Assembly (NCBI GenBank): GCA_907165135.1
Contig: OU015567.1
Span: forward strand, 6,572,001-6,636,000
From: Oikopleura dioica
Lineage: Eukaryota; Animalia; Chordata
Direction: 5' to 3'
Length of the DNA stretch: 64,000 nucleotides
Under the pieces are notes generated by a model. That model was not told the origin of the DNA, searched no databases, and worked only from the letters and a program-made list of their open reading frames with translations. The translations under genes and the position numbers were made by a program. Shown here one piece after another: positions 38,795-51,950 of the stretch; positions within the stretch are counted from its first letter, which is position 1; every line of letters starts with the position of its first letter.

Positions 38795-39998
38795 AGGCTG
38801 TGTTTTTTTATTCATTTTTATTTTTAAGTTGGACTCATTCTTGGTTATATACAGTAAGACTTGGTTGTCAGTCACGAAACGGTTGAAAATCACGGGAGAA
38901 GTTAAAAATAACCGGTCAGATGGATCAACTTTCTTTTCTACGTCAAGGAACGCTCCTTTCAACCTTTTTTTGGATTCCGCGAGCAGACTGTGCGTTATCA
39001 CCGTTCGTTCTCATGTGAGGAAAATCAGTCTGAGAATAAACCTGGCGAGGGATTTTCGATAGACAGCAAGTTATCAACCAACTGGTTCATTCTCATTCTT
39101 TATCGTTTTCCCACGATTTGAGACGTCCACAGTCTGATGTTTCCATTTTTAAACAAGTAAATGATCCGTTTTACCGCCTGGCTTGAATCCAATTTGTCAA
39201 AATTTCTAGTAAAATTGAAGTAATTTATTTAAAAATCAGAAATTACAGTTTATAAATTCATCTTTCTTCGCCGGGCCACTTCTGCGCGGTAAGAATAACA
39301 TAGATGCTCACGAATTCATTTTTAAATTTTGGTAAATTTTGTCCGATTTGGAGGAATCCGCGGCGGTGGCTCGGCGCGTTTTTTCTTTAATTCTGTGTAG
39401 GCGTAGGCGGCGTGGCCCCGCCGCTTGGCTCGTTCTACCCTTGCTCGATCTATTCACGTGTTAGAGAAACAGACCTCGTGACCTGGCAGCACCTCGTGAG
39501 AAATAACCCGGCCCGTTCTGTTCAAGCGCTCGAAGTTCCGAACTGATCCCCCGCTGCGCCGCCACGAAACGAAAAATTCATCGTCACTCGCCTCGGGTCA
39601 AATCGGTTAAATTGTACTGAAATCGGCTCTACGAATTTTCTCGTAATTTTCGTCGGAAATTCTAGCTGAAAAAACACAGAAGCCTTCATATGGACGGCAC
39701 AGAAATCATAGAAACCCCAGGGTATGTTATTATTAATTTTTAATAATTATTTTAATAAATAATTGTTATTATTTTTTTTATCTATTATATTGTATTATTT
39801 TTAAAGTACTTTCCTTTATTTTTTATTATTTATAAATTAATTATTATTTTTTAAATAATTATTTTAATATTTTTTATTTAAAAAATCGTCTTTTTTTTTT
39901 ATTTAATTATTTTTATAAAAATCATGTTTTTTTATTTATTTTTTATCTGTTTTTTTTTCGCGGGAAAAAGCGAATAGACTTCATTTTTTTGAAAGTGC

Positions 39999-40610
39999 TC
40001 ACGTGACCAGTTTCCGGAGCGTCACGTGACCCGTCATATTTGGAATAATAGTTTTGCCGGCTCAGCTGAAGCACTTTTCGAAATCCGAATTGAGAGAGAA
40101 AAAACGTAAGAGAATAGAAAAAAGCTACTACGATAAATATTAGACACTAGAATTTTTACCCCAGGGCAACCCCCTTTTTCTTCTTCTCGTACATGAAGAA
40201 TGTATTAACTTTCAAGTTCAAGAACGAATTTTTCTGAAAACTCTCTTTTGAGGCTTTTCTTCGAATTTTGAAAGTTTCAAAGACTTATTTATTCTTATAA
40301 AAATCGAGAAGCCGCTTGCGGCTTCGAGCAAGAGAAAAATTAAGCCGCGCGGAGCGCGGCTTTTACGTCTTTTTTGCTCTAAGCCACAAGCGGCTTCTCG
40401 ATTTTCAGAAGAATAAAAAGAGTCTTTGAAACTTTCAAAATTTGCGAAAGAAAAGCGTCAAAAAAGTGTAGTAAGAAAGAATTGATCCCGGCGCGTTTGA
40501 ATAGTCTATTCGTGAATTTTAGCCGACCGGTTACTGTCATAGAAACCCAAATCCGATCTTCCGCTTCTCCCTGCTCACATGATACGATCACGTGACACGG
40601 CAACACGTGG
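39999..40610 (+). promoter_or_regulatory. E-box cluster upstream of USF
   Basis: TCACGTGAC (39999), GTCACGTGAC (40021), TCACATGA (40575), TCACGTGAC (40588), CACGTGG (40604). Confidence 0.6.
40244..40466. mobile_element. Hairpin element sharing the AAGCCGC/GCGGCTT core but with different arms
   Basis: TTTTGAAAGTTTCAAAGAC...ATCGAGAAGCCGCTTG mirrored by CAAGCGGCTTCTCGAT...GTCTTTGAAACTTTCAAAA. Confidence 0.7.
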
Positions 40611-40766
40611 CTATCGTCCGCGGGTGCTAAATACCCCCACCAGTAGTAGTAGCCTCTTGAAAGGGGCAAATGAGCTTTCCTTCTTTTTCTCCTCTTTTTC
40701 GTTCGAGAAAATCCCCTTCGCCCCTTTTTTCTACAAAAAGAAAGTCTTCAAGATCAAGTTTTAAAA

Positions 40767-42842
40767 ATGGACAATTTCAGGGTGCACCAGATTCCGACTT
40801 CAGACACAAATACAGACGTCATAACGAGCAGTGCCGCCGCGCTGCAGCAACTCAACAACTCGCTCCTGGTAAAATTCAAAAAGAAAAGTGGACATTGAAA
40901 ATTTCATTTTTTTTTCAGAACGGAAATAACTCGCCACACAATTTCAACGGCTCCAACAGAACGAACGATAGTCAAGGAAATACCGACGCAAACGGTAAGA
41001 GCAATTTTCGGACTGATTTTTGACCGATTTCGGAACTGTCAAAATTGACCAATTTTGGTCAAAACTTTAATCAAACATTTTTCTCGAAATTTCGAGTCTT
41101 AAATTGTTGCGAAATCTTCCCCCAAGTCCCCTTAATTTTCAATAACCATCTCTCCCTCAAATCGACAATTTAGGCGTTGTTTTCATTTTGCAGATGTAGC
41201 CGGCAAAAAGCCGGAACTCATGCTACCCCTCCTAAATAGGAAAAAAGTCGATATTGAAAGCGACTGCTCTCTAGCGTAAATCGAATCACAAACACATGAC
41301 CAGCACCAAATATTCTTCATTTTCTCAAATTCCAATTGGGAGGAACTTTTTTTCAGGCAAATATTTGAACAGAGCAATTTCACTTTTCAATCTTTCATTT
41401 TTCAGCAAGACTCGTTTTCTTCGTAAACAGCTATTTTTTCAAAGAGAAAGTTTCAAACATCTTCGTTTCAGGCAACTTTACGTACGTCATGTTGAACTCG
41501 CAAGGTCAAGGAGAACGGAATCTGACGCAGATTATTCCACGGGCGAATTTGGACATCTACAACAGCCAAATGTCGCTGCAATCAAACTCGAACCGCGCGG
41601 TAAGAAAGCTACCAGTAACTAACGGTTCTGGAAAATCATGATGATGATTACTGATTTATGAAAATTGCGAGCAACTAATTAACTCTCTCTATTTTGCAGT
41701 ATCAACCCGATATTGGCATCAAGAAAGAGTTTACGTCCAACTCATTTCAGGTCGGAATTTGTCTCTATTTCTCTCTCTATTGAATTTCTCTCTCGGCGTT
41801 AGAATTTTAGAAATTTTAACATGCGTGTGACAAATTGAAAATTAACCAAAGAATCCAAATTCTAACGGCTTCAAATGAGAGCAGTGAATTGTCATATTTT
41901 CTCAGTAAAGAACTAGGGAATTCAAATTTAACCCAATTGCCCGTTTTTACCAATTTTTTGGCAAGCGAAGAGTTGTTACTCGAATTCGATACGAATGAGA
42001 ATAATGACCCTTTTTAGTCAAAAACAAGGGGTTCCCTTGTTCCTCCTCTTTTTTCCTCAGAAAGAGGTCTTGTTCATCCATATTGTTTTATGTGAAGGTA
42101 CCGTTGTTCGTTCTCAAGGCTACGTGGCCTGGGAAATTAAAAGCTGAGCTCAGCAACCTGTGTAGGAACCCTATTGTTTAGGCTCTTCGTCTTATAGGAC
42201 CCTGACTCAGGTTACTCAGCCCAGCGTGACAGTAAGGGTATATTCACACATCTCGATCGGGATGAACAAGAGCATCTTTCTACAGAAAAAGAAGGATGAA
42301 CAAGTGTACCCCTATCAAGTATTCCTTACTGAGAAAAAGAATGAGCGTTGTGTGTTCAAAATTTAAACGGTTTGTGTAAGATTCAGAAGGATATGGCAAG
42401 AAGGCAGCAGCACAACGAAGTGGAAAGGCGGAGAAGAGACAAGATCAACACATGGATAAACAAAATCTCCAAGGTCGTGCCTGACTGCTCAGATGATCAC
42501 ACAAAACAAGGACAGGTAGGACAGGAAAATCCTTCTTGTTTTCTTTTCTAACAATATTTTTCAATAGAGCAAGGGAGGAATCCTGGCGAAAGCGTACGAG
42601 TATATTTTGGAGCTGCAGACAAAGATTTCGACCTCGTGCCAAAATACATACGACAAAGAGGATGTCGAGCAGCTGATAGACGAGAGGAACAGATACAAGA
42701 GAGAGGTACAGACAGTAAATTTGAACGCCGTCTAACTTCATTCCCTCAGGCGGACAAGCTGAGAATAGAACTGCAGCAGTACCAACGAGCGCTGGAAGAA
42801 AAGGGTTGGACCGTCCGGCGCGTTGACGACACCGACGACTAG
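40767..42842 (+). CDS. USF: Upstream stimulatory factor (bHLH-Zip), multi-exon
   Basis: QQHNEVERRRRDKINTWINKISKVVPDC...QSKGGILAKAYEYILEL is the USF bHLH signature. Confidence 0.92.
42144..42224. mobile_element. Internally deleted family-A MITE in a USF intron
   Basis: CTGAGCTCAGCAACCTGTGTAGG...GACCCTGACTCAGGTTACTCAGCCCAG. Confidence 0.7.
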
Positions 42843-43559
42843 TAGAAACCCCTTTCCTACTCGACGAATATCGTTACTACCGTAGCACTACTAGAATTAA
42901 TGATCTTCCAGCCATACGCTTCATCTGCTACAATTGATACTTTGATGCCCAATTTCGATGGTCCTCCATCACGAATTTGCTGGTTTATTATTGTTGTTTG
43001 AACGGGAATCGAGGAATGCTTGACATTTGTTCTTTGGTCGAAGGGTTGAAAAGTACGCTAATTTATTGTCCCTTTTTCTCGAAAAAATATTTCTTCACCC
43101 ACATTTATCGATACTTCCCTCCTCTTTCTCAAATTGAAAAACTCAACTCACTAAAAAACCATTACCTACCACTAATCACTTAAAAATGCGCTCGTACGCC
43201 ATCGTGTGTGTCAAAAAAGAATAAACCCAATCGACGACCACTGCCAAAATTTCACCACTAAATTAGTACCACTCTTCGAGTTGCCTTGAATAATGTCAAA
43301 TGAAAGAAAATGAATGAATAAGGTGGCCTAGCAGTTATTATTTTTGTTCAATAACTAAATTATTTCGACTATTTTTTTAAAACTGTTTCGGCTACAGGGT
43401 AGTTGTTATTACCGTATCCGTTACGATTTTAACCGCTGTGAATATACTTTTTTCTTGGCCAGTTCAATAAATATTATATCTATTAATTTATTGTTGGTTT
43501 ATTATTTCCAGAGTTTCAGTAGCCATCTACTCAATAAGATTATTTACAAATGTTCAGCT

Positions 43560-44850
43560 TCAATTTCCATCGATTGAGAAGTCGAACGCGTCTGTCTTCG
43601 GACAATCCTCAGTTCTTGAGCTAAAAATGACGTTATCCCATCATTCTGCCAGCAAACTACTAGGTGCATCACCTGGAAAGACAGCCGAAATCCTTTTTGT
43701 TGCACAATCTCAACTTGCAGTGCATCGTCGCCGAATTCCTCCTCGAATTGACGATCGAAAATAGGCGGTAGGAGAATCGAGCTTTCTTTCGTTCAAGATG
43801 ATTTGACAAAATTCTTGCGTCGAAGAGTTTTGAGTAGCAATTGTCGACGACCAAAGGCATCAAGATTTCGTGACCGCGAAAAGTTACTCCGCAGGAATCG
43901 ATGGCGAAATGTAGCTGTCCTATCCGTTGAGCAGGAACCCACTGGATGATGATGAGAAATATTCTTTATCGAAGAAAATCACCTCGACTTGGAGAAAAAT
44001 TTCTTGCCCGATGAAGACTGCAGTGTTGTTGTCCATGACTTTCCTGAAACTCGAGTCCTCGAAAGTGTTGATCGCGAAGTTTGGCCGCATCGAGCCATAT
44101 CTAGTCATAATAAAGCGCTAGAATCGACATCAATAGCTTACTTGGTCACGGAATTGCCATTGACTTTGGTCGTGTTTGAAGCAATAACATCGTCCAGCGC
44201 GACTTCTGTATTGTAACGACATTTTGCAGCGATTCTATTGTTGGAGAAAAAAAAAGTGTTTTGATACATTTTTTGAAGAAAAAAATCGACTTTTAGTCCG
44301 TTCCTAGATCTGACATCAACATCAAACGCATCCTTGATAAACTGCTGGACATCGAACATGAACTGGATGAAAGTTTGTTTTTGATCGCTGACTTTTGAAA
44401 TTCGAATTCCACAGTCGGCAAGGTGGCTTTTTAAATGCCAACGACCTTGGTGAAGATATGGACGGCACTACAGTCATGAGTTTTTTTAGGATTAACGATT
44501 GTTACCTCTGCGTATAGATTCGAAGACGCACTCAGCTGCGACTGGTTTTGATCACTTCTTTTTGGAATAAGATCTTTGGAGAATGAAAGCTCCAAGCTAT
44601 CAGCATTACAAGTTAGCCGAATACAATCTGCTTTCTTCCTCAAAATAGGATTTCCGAGGCCTCTATCGACCCAGCATTTCTCGTCGTAAGCCAGATCAAC
44701 TCTTTTGGTGTCTATTTGTCGTAAAATTCTGCTCTTGTTTTTCGCTAATTTTCTCGACTGTCTTCTCAGAACATTTTGGTGTCTCTTATTTGTTGATAAA
44801 ATTGCTGAAACAACCGAAAATGCGTAAAAAAGGATAGAAAAAATTTTCAT
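43560..44850 (-). CDS. Secreted zona pellucida (ZP)-domain protein
   Basis: Signal peptide; IRLTCNADSLELSFSKD (ZP-N start); AKCRYNTEV; VFIGQEIFLQVE, FAIDSC, LVVDNCY, RFSYRLF and MHCKLRLC (ZP-C). Confidence 0.75.
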
Positions 44851-45108
44851 TTTTGTCTAATTTCTTATCAAAAATGTGAAATGAAAAGTGAACGGGAAAC
44901 TCGAGAAATGTTAATGCAAAACTGTTTTTTCAACAAACGAACAACTGCACGTACGACATGAGGATTAACCTAAAAAACGAAGTTACGAGCGCTCTATCTA
45001 TTTTTAGACGCAAATAGCATTCCGTTAAACAACTTAGCTGGATATGCATAACAAGCATTTGAACACGAAAGGGAAAGATAAGAAATTTTATTTCAAGGAA
45101 AATAAATT

Positions 45109-45391
45109 TCAAAACAGGGAAAATAGTCCGGCAACAAGCGCTCCGAAAGTGCCAATAGCAGCTCCGATTCCACCAATAATCTTCATAGCAACACCAAAAG
45201 TAACAACTCCAGTAGCAGCTACGGATTGAAACGTAGCAAAAAGTCCACCAGCTACCGTGAATGGGGTTTGAAGAAATGCAGCGATTGAGCCGGCAGCAAT
45301 GCCTACCTTAGTGAAGCCAATGGCTGCTAGGACTGATATATATTTTTAGTTTTGAACAGCAAATTTATAGCTTACTTGTTAAAAAAACCAT
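45109..45391 (-). CDS. IFI27L: IFI27/ISG12 (Ifi-6-16) family small hydrophobic protein, not in the ORF track
   Basis: Spliced frame MVFLT|ILAAIGFTKVGIAAGSIAAFLQTPFTVAGGLFATFQSVAATG...LFSLF* matches the GFTxxGIAAGSxAA...GGxxAxLQS motif; intron 45333-45375. Confidence 0.8.
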
Positions 45392-45911
45392 CGAGCAAGA
45401 TCTTTTTTCTAGGAGAAAACCGTTACCAAAATTATTTATTCGAAGACGAGATCTCTATCTGAAAATGTGAAGAAAATAGTAGCCCTTTTCCCTTCTTATG
45501 TTTAGAGTCAAGTGTACACTGTACAGTGAAGTCTCTCAGAATTTTCTCTTTTCAAAATCGGTTTCTAAGAATGAAAGTTTCAAATCTGATATCAGATAAA
45601 TACGAATTCGGGCGGAGATCCGATAATAAATTTCGAGCTTGCCAAGGGGCATTTTTTTCAAGAAAAGTACGCCTGCTTTTTCCGGATGAAGAGTTCTGAT
45701 TCAAAACCTTTGAAATAAGCCTGCTTGCATTTGAGAAGCCGAGAGTACAAATCCTCAAATGCAGATATCATAAAGTTAGCGCTTCTGCTAATGTTTATTC
45801 AGAATTTACTGGAGATACAGTGAAAGATTTAAAAAAACAGAAACTCAAAAATATAAAAAAAAGAAACAGAAAAGAAAATTACTTTGCCTCCCCACGGCGT
45901 AAATCTTTATA

Positions 45912-46530
45912 TTATAAAAGTTTATAAGTTCTGTCAAACTCTTCCTTCAGCCTGTGGATAACATCGAAAACTCTTCTCTGAGCGAGTCTTGTCAGAGGTA
46001 GGACCCGCTCTGAAGCATCTGAATCCTTATCTCTTGAAATTCGCATGAACTCTTTTCTGTGACGGCTAATCTGCGCTCTGATTTTTAGAAGGCGTTCCTT
46101 CCAGGCGTTTACTTTCTCAAGTCGGGCCTTTTTTCTTTCAAGGCGGGCGCATTCTTTTTCCATCCGGGCTTGTTTCTCCCTCTCTTTTTCTATTTCGACT
46201 TGGCCGCGAATTACCTGGGCGTATTCTTCTCTAAGGCGCGCCTGAAATAAAATTATGTTTATTTTCATTTTCAAGAAAAAATACCTTGGATCTCGAATCT
46301 CTGAAGACTTTGTTCGTCTCGGCCTTCGCAAGCGCAACGACGACGGCTCTAAGTTTTTTAGCCTGGTGATCCGTCAGCTGCTTGTTGAACATATTATCCA
46401 ATACGGCCTTGTAAAGGTCGTGCACGAACGTCTGCGTCAAGCTTGACTGTGGTATTATCGTCATCAAGTGGCGGACAAAGACCACCATTTCTCGGATCTC
46501 TCTACTCTGTTTCCTGGTTTGACAAGGCAT
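45912..46530 (-). CDS. Coiled-coil protein of unknown function (paralog a)
   Basis: Two exons; shares SSLTQxxVxDxYKA...VVVxxxKAExxKxF with the gene at 46820-47686. Confidence 0.6.
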
Positions 46531-46819
46531 CGTTGCGAAAGACCTTAATTCGGACTCGCCAGACTAGAATAGTGCAAAAATATTGAACTTACCTCAATAA
46601 ATCAAAACCTTAATTATAAGTATAAATCCAAAACAGGTCTTTTTGGTGAAAAATAATTCTAGAAAACAATCTCTAATCCGTTCAACACATCAATGATATC
46701 AAGGAAGACTAACTCACTATTTTTTGTAGTTATTCATTATTTTTTTGTAACTTTTATCATTTATTGAAATTCGATACGAAAAAAAAGGAAAATAAAAAAC
46801 AGAAATAAAATCGAAAAGT

Positions 46820-47686
46820 CTATGTTGACTGCACATTGAATTGCGCATCGTACTCGTCGAGACGTTTGTCTACTTCCTCACCGATTTTATCAGTCAGTTC
46901 CAAAAGTCTTTCAATCTGTTCTTGTCGATCTGGAGCATCAAGTGGAATACGAAATATCTGCATGAAATAATGGTAAAACACAGCTTGAAGTCGGCTGATA
47001 TCCGCGGTCACGATTCTCATCTGGGCTGCTTTCCGACCACGCCGGGCGACTTCTTCATCAAGCCGTGCTTCTTCACGATCGAGCTCAGCTCCGCGTTCTC
47101 TAAAGCCTTCTATTTCTTTAGCAGTTTCAATTAGAAATCGGGCTGCTTTTTGTAGCCAGGCTGTATTCTGAAAGAAACAAAAATGAATGAGAATTATCTT
47201 TAAATATTTTCTTACATTATACTCGTCGTCCTCAAGCTTGGACTCGAATAGGAGAAAGAAGTCTCTGATTATCCAGAAACCTTTTAACCGATTGCTGGTA
47301 CGGCCATCTATCTCGGCGGTTTGGTCTAACTTGCGAGTCAGTGTATCAATTCGTTCGTCGATGATCTTCCGTGCTTCTTCGAGCTTGATTCTATCGATAC
47401 CCTTATTTTCAATTATTACCAAAAGGTTGGGTAGAAGTTACTGAAAATAGACAAGAAAGAATACCTCAAACTTTTTCTCTCTTTCCGCTTTCGTCATTTC
47501 GACAACGACAGATATCAATCGATCAGACTGATTAGCCGTCATCTCCTTGTCGTTGTTGATTTCAGCCTTGTAGCGGTCTTGGACGATTCTCTGCGTCAAG
47601 CTTGACAATCGGTTGGTCTCAAGCAAGCTGCGGAAAAACTGCTCCATTTGTCCGCGCTCTCTACTCTGGCTTCTGGTCTCGACCAT
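46820..47686 (-). CDS. Coiled-coil protein of unknown function (paralog b)
   Basis: Multi-exon; N-terminal block similar to 45912-46530. Confidence 0.6.
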
Positions 47687-48012
47687 CGTTGCTGAATGAT
47701 TTAGCCTGAATCGGCAGTTTACTTATTTTGGTCAAAAATCATTCTAGAGAACAATTTATGTCTACAAAATCGAAAATACTGCATCTCAAGCCTGCTTTTA
47801 CATGAGAAGACGCTGATTATAAAAATGCTCAAATGCAGATGGCAGAAAGTTTACGCTCCCGCTGACTTAAATAATCAAAAGCTTTTACCTAAACAAATGA
47901 TTCTACCGGGTTTACTTTTGCATAACGCGCTGACCTAGATAACAAGCGAGCCTGAAAGTTGATTTCTGTAGTTTTTCATGAATTTATTCTGAAGAAAAAA
48001 AGAACTTGAAAG

Positions 48013-48411
48013 TTATGAATTGTGCTTTGAATCGATGATCATATCGAACATGTGCTCATTGAAAATGTCGTTTGCCTTTTCTTCGACGATGGAATCGAGG
48101 AATTTGTCGACGAAAATGTCGACAAAATCAGACATAAAATCGTCGACGTAATCGTCAAGCAGTTCTTCTTTCGGATCAGGCGGTGCGACGGGCTTTCGTT
48201 TGTGATTTGCTTCGTTGTTTTCGAATTGAGAAGTAATGAATTTGAAACTCATTGTCGGCGAGTAGAGCGGTTGGTTTTGGACTATTTCGGGGCTGGAGCA
48301 GGAATCTTCTTGAGACGAATAGCCAGGCAAATGGTCGATTTGCAGGATTTCTTGTTTCGGAACGGTTTGGAAAAGAACATCATAAATTGGAGGCATATCC
48401 CGTCGGGGCAT
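48013..48411 (-). CDS. Single-exon orphan ORF, acidic C-terminus
   Basis: 132-aa ATG-started ORF with a protein-like acidic amphipathic tail (LLDDYVDDFMSDFVDIFVDKFLD). Confidence 0.45.
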   Translation of the reverse strand: MPRRDMPPIYDVLFQTVPKQEILQIDHLPGYSSQEDSCSSPEIVQNQPLYSPTMSFKFITSQFENNEANHKRKPVAPPDPKEELLDDYVDDFMSDFVDIFVDKFLDSIVEEKANDIFNEHMFDMIIDSKHNS

Positions 48412-48877
48412 CTTATATTTTTATTAAATTCAATTATAAATTTATTCATTAGCATTTATTTATATAATACTATTTTATATGATACCTTGAGGACTGAAGG
48501 ATGCCTAAACTCCGTCATTATTTATCTCTGCTTTCACTAGAATCGCGAGCTAGGAAATTCGGTTGAAAATTTTCAACCCAGCGTGCCGAGCATTTTCAAA
48601 TCTGGCGCCGCTTTTCTATTGGCCCTGCTCGCGACTTGCCCTGCGAATTGATTTGCTGGGGTTAAGCCAAGCGAGAAAAGGTAAATATCTTGAATGCCTT
48701 CTTGGAATTCGCCTGGGAACGAGCCAAAATTCAAGAGAAAATATAGGTTCGCGAGAGAAGTTTTTTTATTCTATTTTGATACTGCAACGCTTGAATTGAT
48801 AATTTTACTAAAAAGGTTGATCTCAAAAAGGCATTTGAAAAGATTGAAGATGGCAGGACGATTTTTAGAATTCGGAT

Positions 48878-50221
48878 TTAAAGTTCGTCGGAATAAGAGG
48901 TCTTCTCGGCTTTGAATCCATCGCCAAAGTTATTCACAATTTCTCGCGGAGCTGTTCTGAATCCTTCAGCATCGAGTTTCTCCTTGATGATCGAGTCGGT
49001 TTTGTAAACTTCGGCGTAGAATTCGGGCTTTTTCAGCTTGCCCTCTTCATCCTCTTCAAAATTTATTTTACCAAAAATCAACAAGAAGTTTCTTACCCAT
49101 TTGCTTGGCGATTTCGACAACATGTTTGTGAATAATTTCCGCTCCCTTTTTCTTTCCTTCACTTTGGGCGGCATACCACTGCATGTAAATTGATGATACT
49201 TTAGTGAAGTCTTTCATGTGGCCGTTTTCGTAGTATTCGTCGAGGATCTTTTCCAGGACGCCTTGAATGTCGTCCTCTGAAATAATCAATGAAGAAGGGC
49301 TATTATTTCTTTTGAAAAGAATTTTGCTCGGCTTTGCAACCTGTGTAGAACCCTGAGTCAGGGTCTGAAAGTCTCAAATCAGAAGAATAAAGATAGATTG
49401 TGATTTTTGCAAAGCCGCTTCGCGGCTTCGATTTTAGAAAAGCCGCTACGCGGCTTTTTATGGAAGCACTTTCAGAACCCTGACTCAGGTCCAGAGAATG
49501 AGTAATTCTTACCGAGATCGTCAGTAAGAACTCGTTTCCCCCAGCTCTTGATGTCTTCCATAACAAAAGATCCTCGTTCAAGATGTTTTTGTAAAATGTG
49601 CTTGTCTCTTCCTGCATGCTTGACGAGGAGCATGGGAAGATCTTCGATCAAATAGCCGAAGGAGGCCTTGTTGCTTGGGTAGGCCATGTCGAGAAGACCA
49701 ACAGCGCAGCGCTCGTAGAAATATTCGGAAATGTCGACGGCGACGGGGTAGATTTCGGACTCGACGTCTTCGTCGGAGTCGTAGGCGAAGATGACCCAGC
49801 AGTAGGGACTGTCGTCGACGTATCTCATCGTCCTAGAAGAGGGGTTGAGGGAGAACCGTGGTCTTGTACGTACCCATGAGGCGTGAAAGGCATCGTGTTT
49901 GGAATGGACAACATCTTCTTCGTCAGTTCTTTGCCAGCATGTCGATCAGCCCACTGCTTGTTCGCTTCGACGAGTTTCTTGTTCGTCTGCGATTCCAGCT
50001 TCTCCCTGAAAAAATCGATCAACGAACATCATCATCCTTTGAACTTACGCTTCGACTTTATCCTTCAATGTTCCGATAGGGTTGTCGACGAAAACTTGTT
50101 TGTAATCGTAGGCCAGTCTTTTCTCGCCTGATTTACTATTGTTACTATTGTTTGTTTCTCCTTCAGTCTCTCCAAAGACATTTCCAATTAGCGCCAAAGC
50201 CAGGCTCTTCGCAAACTTCAT
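48878..50221 (-). CDS. Secreted or ER protein, possibly a redox-inactive thioredoxin/PDI-like fold
   Basis: Signal MKFAKSLALALIG; segment SPYCWVIFAY...ERCAVGLLDM without CxxC; ends SYSDEL, a KDEL-like retention signal. Confidence 0.5.
49326..49490. mobile_element. Family-A MITE, intronic
   Basis: GCAACCTGTGTAGAACCCTGAGTCAGGGTCTGAAAG...AACCCTGACTCAGG; lies between donor CTCG|GTAAG and acceptor TTTCAG on the minus strand. Confidence 0.8.
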
Positions 50222-51146
50222 TTTCGACTTTTTCTCTTGAAGAAAAAACAAGATGATATTTTACCGAAAATCCACTTTATGGGACAGGACAAATGGCAAA
50301 CTGTACACACTGGGAGGGCTGCTGGAGGGTGACGTAGCCAAAATGGAGCGTGACGAGGCAGGGCAGAAATGTTAAACTTTATGGTTGTTCTATTTGAGCA
50401 TTGACAAGGGATCTTAGGTAGATTTTGAGTACTTTATGATAACAATTGTAGGTGTTGATGGTTGTTTAATAAAATTGGGTCAGTAGAGCCTTTAGATAAA
50501 AGCATTAAAAGCAATTATCCTGCCCCGAGGACCAGAACCTGGTGGCATAAGCATTAGTAAATTTATTTTATTATCATTTTGAAAAGCTCCAGACAAAACT
50601 GGACAGTCTTTTTCTTGTGTAAAAATTAGTTTATTCCAGGCATGAAAAATTTAAGCGTAGACCCGCATGAGTCGGGACATTTTCTCCTGGCACCAGCACT
50701 TTGGAATCGGCTTTGTAATCATGATATTGCAGCATTTTTTGCACATAAAATGGCTTTCATGAGTTCAGAAGTCGATCATTTCTTACTTTGTCGCTCTCAA
50801 TTGATTTTTGAACTCAACCCACAGGGATTTACTGCAAGTTGTTGATGGTCTGTATCATCATAATTTTCGTAACAGATTTTACATTGTTCCAGGTTCTCTA
50901 AGCCTTTGAAATGTTGTTACTCTTTTTCGTCAAAAAAGAAAGCTTACGTCGATTGAGCTCTTGAATTTTGTGCTGTCTCACAGCTCGAGAAGCTGTTACT
51001 TCGTCCATAAATCGTTGATTCGCATCAATTACTTGATTTTGCTGGTCAAGTTCAATTTGTAATGCCATGGCTTTGTTTATCCAGTGTTCTTTGTCCGCTG
51101 GTTTTTGGATATTGAGATTTTTCTCAAGAAAAAACGCATTTATTTT

Positions 51147-51509
51147 TTATATCCAATCTTTTAGTTGATCTATTTCCCGCTGAAGCAATCGAAGTCTATC
51201 AACTTCTTCTGAAGTCAGTGTTCCGAAAAGACCGTACAACCGATTTTCTTCTACTTTTATCGTCTCTGACACCCAGTAGCTCTCATCTCGAATAATAGGA
51301 ACCTGATTAGCAGGTGGCACTGCGTCAATGCCGTCAAAAGACTCGTTATACTTTTCAGGGCTTGAGGATTCTCTCTGGCGACTCAGTGCTGTTCCCATCT
51401 TGACTTTGGAGTTTATGATTTTTTTCTGTTTGAAAAGCAAAAGCACCTCTGAGACTTCCTTCTTTGAATGACAAAGGGCAAACAGTCCTATCTTTTCACG
51501 ACACTCCAT
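51147..51509 (-). CDS. Unknown protein, possibly coiled-coil
   Basis: 120-aa ORF with an internal MGTALS start and heptad-like EEVDRLRLLQREIDQLK. Confidence 0.3.
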   Translation of the reverse strand: MECREKIGLFALCHSKKEVSEVLLLFKQKKIINSKVKMGTALSRQRESSSPEKYNESFDGIDAVPPANQVPIIRDESYWVSETIKVEENRLYGLFGTLTSEEVDRLRLLQREIDQLKDWI

Positions 51510-51750
51510 TTCCCTTTCCCTATCAGAACAGCGTACTTGCTCAGTTATAAAACATTACCACCCAAAAAAACTGCTAGCACATGAAACATCTGCCTTCTCC
51601 TCCAACTTGCCCAAAAAATCATTATTATTTGCCCGATTAAAGCTTACAATCAATTTAATGACAAAGTCTTTCATCCAGTAAACATTTTGAAAACGGTCAA
51701 ATTGACGTATTTTAAATACCGGTATATATACAGTATTATCTGTATGGAAT

Positions 51751-51950
51751 CTGTGTTGAAAACCTGAGTCAGAGTCTGAGGACACAAATGAAAAGCCGCG
51801 TAGCGGCTTTTTTTTACGAAGCCGCAAAGCGGCTTCGCCAGTATTTACAAATTAATTGCAATGATAATGTTTCTTCCGCAAGGCGGCTTCGTTCTTAAAA
51901 AGCCGCGAAAGACCCTGACTCAGATTTTCTACACAGGTTCCTGGGCCTAG
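51751..51950. mobile_element. Family-A MITE
   Basis: AAAACCTGAGTCAGAGTCTGA...GACCCTGACTCAGATTTTCTACACAGGTTCCTGGGCCTAG. Confidence 0.8.

Noticed and set aside
39720-39960. Extreme AT-rich tract
   Set aside because: Low-complexity A/T sequence without periodicity or defined ends.
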